Assembly (NCBI GenBank): GCA_964016885.1
Contig: OZ024743.1
Coordinates: 50,344,001 to 50,408,000 of the forward strand
Direction of reading: 5' to 3'
DNA: 64,000 bases
Origin: Eledone cirrhosa
Taxonomy: Eukaryota
The translations under genes were made by a program, and so were the position numbers. Below the pieces are notes generated by a model. The model had not been told where the DNA came from, did no database searches, and saw nothing but the letters and a program-made list of their open reading frames with translations. Positions 61,101-64,000 of the stretch are shown here, piece by piece (positions within the stretch are counted from its first letter, which is position 1; each line of letters starts with the position of its first letter).

Positions 61101-64000
61101 GGACCATTGAACTATTGAACCATTGAACTATTGAACCATTGAACCATTGAACTATTGAACCATTGAACCATTGAACTATTGAACCATTGAACCATTGAAC
61201 CATTGAACTATTGAACGATTGAAGTATTGAACCATTGAACTATTGAAGTATTGAACCATTGAACTATTGAACCATTGAAGTATTGAACCATTGAACTATT
61301 GAACCATTGAACCATTGAACTATTGAACCATTGAACCATTGAACCATTGAACCATTGAACTATTGAACCATTGAACCATTGAACGATTGAAGTATTGAAC
61401 TATTGAACCATTGAACCATTGAACCATTGAACTATTGAACGATTGAAGTATTGAACCATTGAACTATTGAAGTATTGAACCATTGAACTATTGAACCATT
61501 GAACTATTGAACCATTGAAGTATTGAACCATTGAACCATTGAACCACTGAACTATTGAAGTATTGAACCATTGAACTATTGAAGTATTGAACTATTGAAC
61601 TATTGAACTATTGAACCATTGAACCATTGAACCATTGAACTATTGAAACATTGAACCATTGAACTATTGAACTATTGAACCATTGAACTATTGAACCTTT
61701 GAACCATTGAACTATTGAAATATTGAACCATTGAACCATTTAAACATTGAACCATTGAACTATTGAACCATTGAACCATTGAACTATTGAACCATTGAAC
61801 CATTGAACTATTGAACCATTGAACCATTGAACTATTGAACCATTGAACTATTGAACTATTGAAGTATTGAACCATTGAAGTATTGAACCATTGAACTATT
61901 GAACCATTGAACTATTGAACCATTGAACTATTGAACCATTGAACCATTGAACTATTGAACCATTGAACTATTAAACCATTGAACCATTGAACTATTGAAC
62001 CATTGAACCATTAAACCATTGAACTATTGAACCATTGAATCATTAAACCATTGAACTATTGAACTATTGAAATATTGAACCATTGAACTATTGAACTATT
62101 GAACCGTTGAACTATTGAACTATTGAACTATTAAACTATTGAACCATTGAACAATTGAACTATTGAACCATTGAACTATTGAACCATTGAACCATTGAAC
62201 TATTGAACCATTGAACCATTGAACGATTGAAGTATTGAACCATTGAACCACTGAACTATTGAACTATTGAACCATTGAACTATTGAACTATTGAACCATT
62301 GAACCATTGAACTATTGAACCATTGAACCATTGAACTATTGAACCATTGAACTATTGAACCTTTGAACCCTTGAACTATTGAACCATTGAACTATTGAAC
62401 CATTGAACCATTGAACTATTGAACCATTGAACCATTGAACTATTGAACCATTGAACCATTGAACCATTGAACTATTGAACGATTGAAGTATTGAACCATT
62501 GAACTATTGAAGTATTGAACCATTGAACTATTGAACCATTGAAGTATTGAACCATTGAACTATTGAACCATTGAACCATTGAACTATTGTACCATTGAAC
62601 CTTTGAACCATTGAACCATTGAACTATTGAACCATTGAACCATTGAACCATTGAAGTATTGAACTATTGAACCATTGAACCATTGAACCATTGAACTATT
62701 GAACGATTGAAGTATTGAACCATTGAACTATTGAAGTATTGAACCATTGAACTATTGAACCATTGAACTATTGAACCATTGAAGTATTGAACCATTGAAC
62801 CATTGAACCACTGAACTATTGAAGTATTGAACCATTGAACTATTGAAGTATTGAACTATTGAACTATTGAACTATTGAACCATTGAACCATTGAACCATT
62901 GAACTATTGAAACATTGAACCATTGAACTATTGAACTATTGAACCATTGAACTATTGAACCTTTGAACCATTGAACTATTGAAATATTGAACCATTGAAC
63001 CATTTAAACATTGAACCATTGAACTATTGAACCATTGAACCATTGAACTATTGAACCATTGAACCATTGAACTATTGAACCATTGAACCATTGAACTATT
63101 GAACCATTGAACTATTGAACTATTGAAGTATTGAACCATTGAAGTATTGAACCATTGAACTATTGAACCATTGAACTATTGAACCATTGAACTATTGAAC
63201 CATTGAACCATTGAACTATTGAACCATTGAACTATTGAACCATTGAACCATTGAACTATTGAACCATTGAACCATTAAACCATTGAACTATTGAACCATT
63301 GAACCATTAAACCATTGAACTATTGAACCATTGAATCATTAAACCATTGAACTATTGAACTATTGAACCACTGAACTATTGAAGTATTGAACCATTGAAC
63401 TATTGAACCATTGAGCCATTGAACCATTGAACTATTGAACGATTGAAGTATTGAACCATTGAACTATTGAAGTATTGAACCATTGAAATATTGAACTATT
63501 GAAAGATTGAACCATTGAACCATTGAACTATTGAAGTATTGAACCATTGAACCTTTGAACCATTGAACGATTGAAGTATTGAACCATTGAACCATTGAAC
63601 TATTGAACCATTGAACCATTGAACTATTGAACCATTGAACTATTGAACTATTGAAGTATTGAACCATTGAAGTATTGAACCATTGAACTATTGAACCATT
63701 GAACTATTGAACCATTGAACTATTGAACCATTGAACCATTGAACTATTGAACCATTGAACCATTGAACTATTGAACCATTGAGCCATTGAACCATTGAAC
63801 TATTGAACGATTGAAGTATTGAACCATTGAACTATTGAAGTATTGAACCATTGAAATATTGAACCATTGAACTATTGAACCATTGAGGTATTGAACCATT
63901 GAACCATTGAACTATTGAACCATTGAACTATTGAACCATTGAACCATTGAACCATTGAAGTATTGAACCATTGAAGTATTGAACCATTGAACCATTGAAC
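55124..64000. repeat. 8-bp satellite ATTGAA(CC/CT/GT/CG/AT), running off the right edge of the window
   Basis: Continuous 8-bp periodicity for about 8.9 kb. Confidence 0.99.

Noticed and set aside
55314-63667. MVQWFN-repeat ORFs
   Set aside because: Artefacts of the 8-bp satellite.

Overview
This is repeat-dominated eukaryotic DNA with no intact host gene that I can support. The SINE and MITE families and the dense (TA)n tracts look like an octopus or other cephalopod genome; this is recognition from memory, not a search result. Two satellite arrays bracket the window: a quasi-palindromic 20-bp satellite (1-24.9 kb, with higher-order duplications and three in-register SINE insertions) and an 8-bp satellite (55.1-64 kb). 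The ~30 kb between them is a transposon graveyard. Its main content is a hotspot of Penelope-like elements (PLEs) inserted into (TA)n. One copy is near full length but pseudogenised (RT plus C-terminal GIY-YIG, pseudo-LTRs, inverted 5' segment). Two more are truncated GIY-YIG-coding copies, and about six non-coding families show fold-back or direct-repeat ends. Most carry a type I hammerhead ribozyme motif. The most unusual observation is that several unrelated families have hammerhead cores whose domain II is expanded to a structured 79-136 nt insert; in three families it is closed by an A.A mismatch, unlike the minimal hammerheads typical of PLEs. Also present are tRNA-derived SINEs, an RTE LINE 3' end, piggyBac-type MITEs, mariner and hAT relics, and minisatellites.
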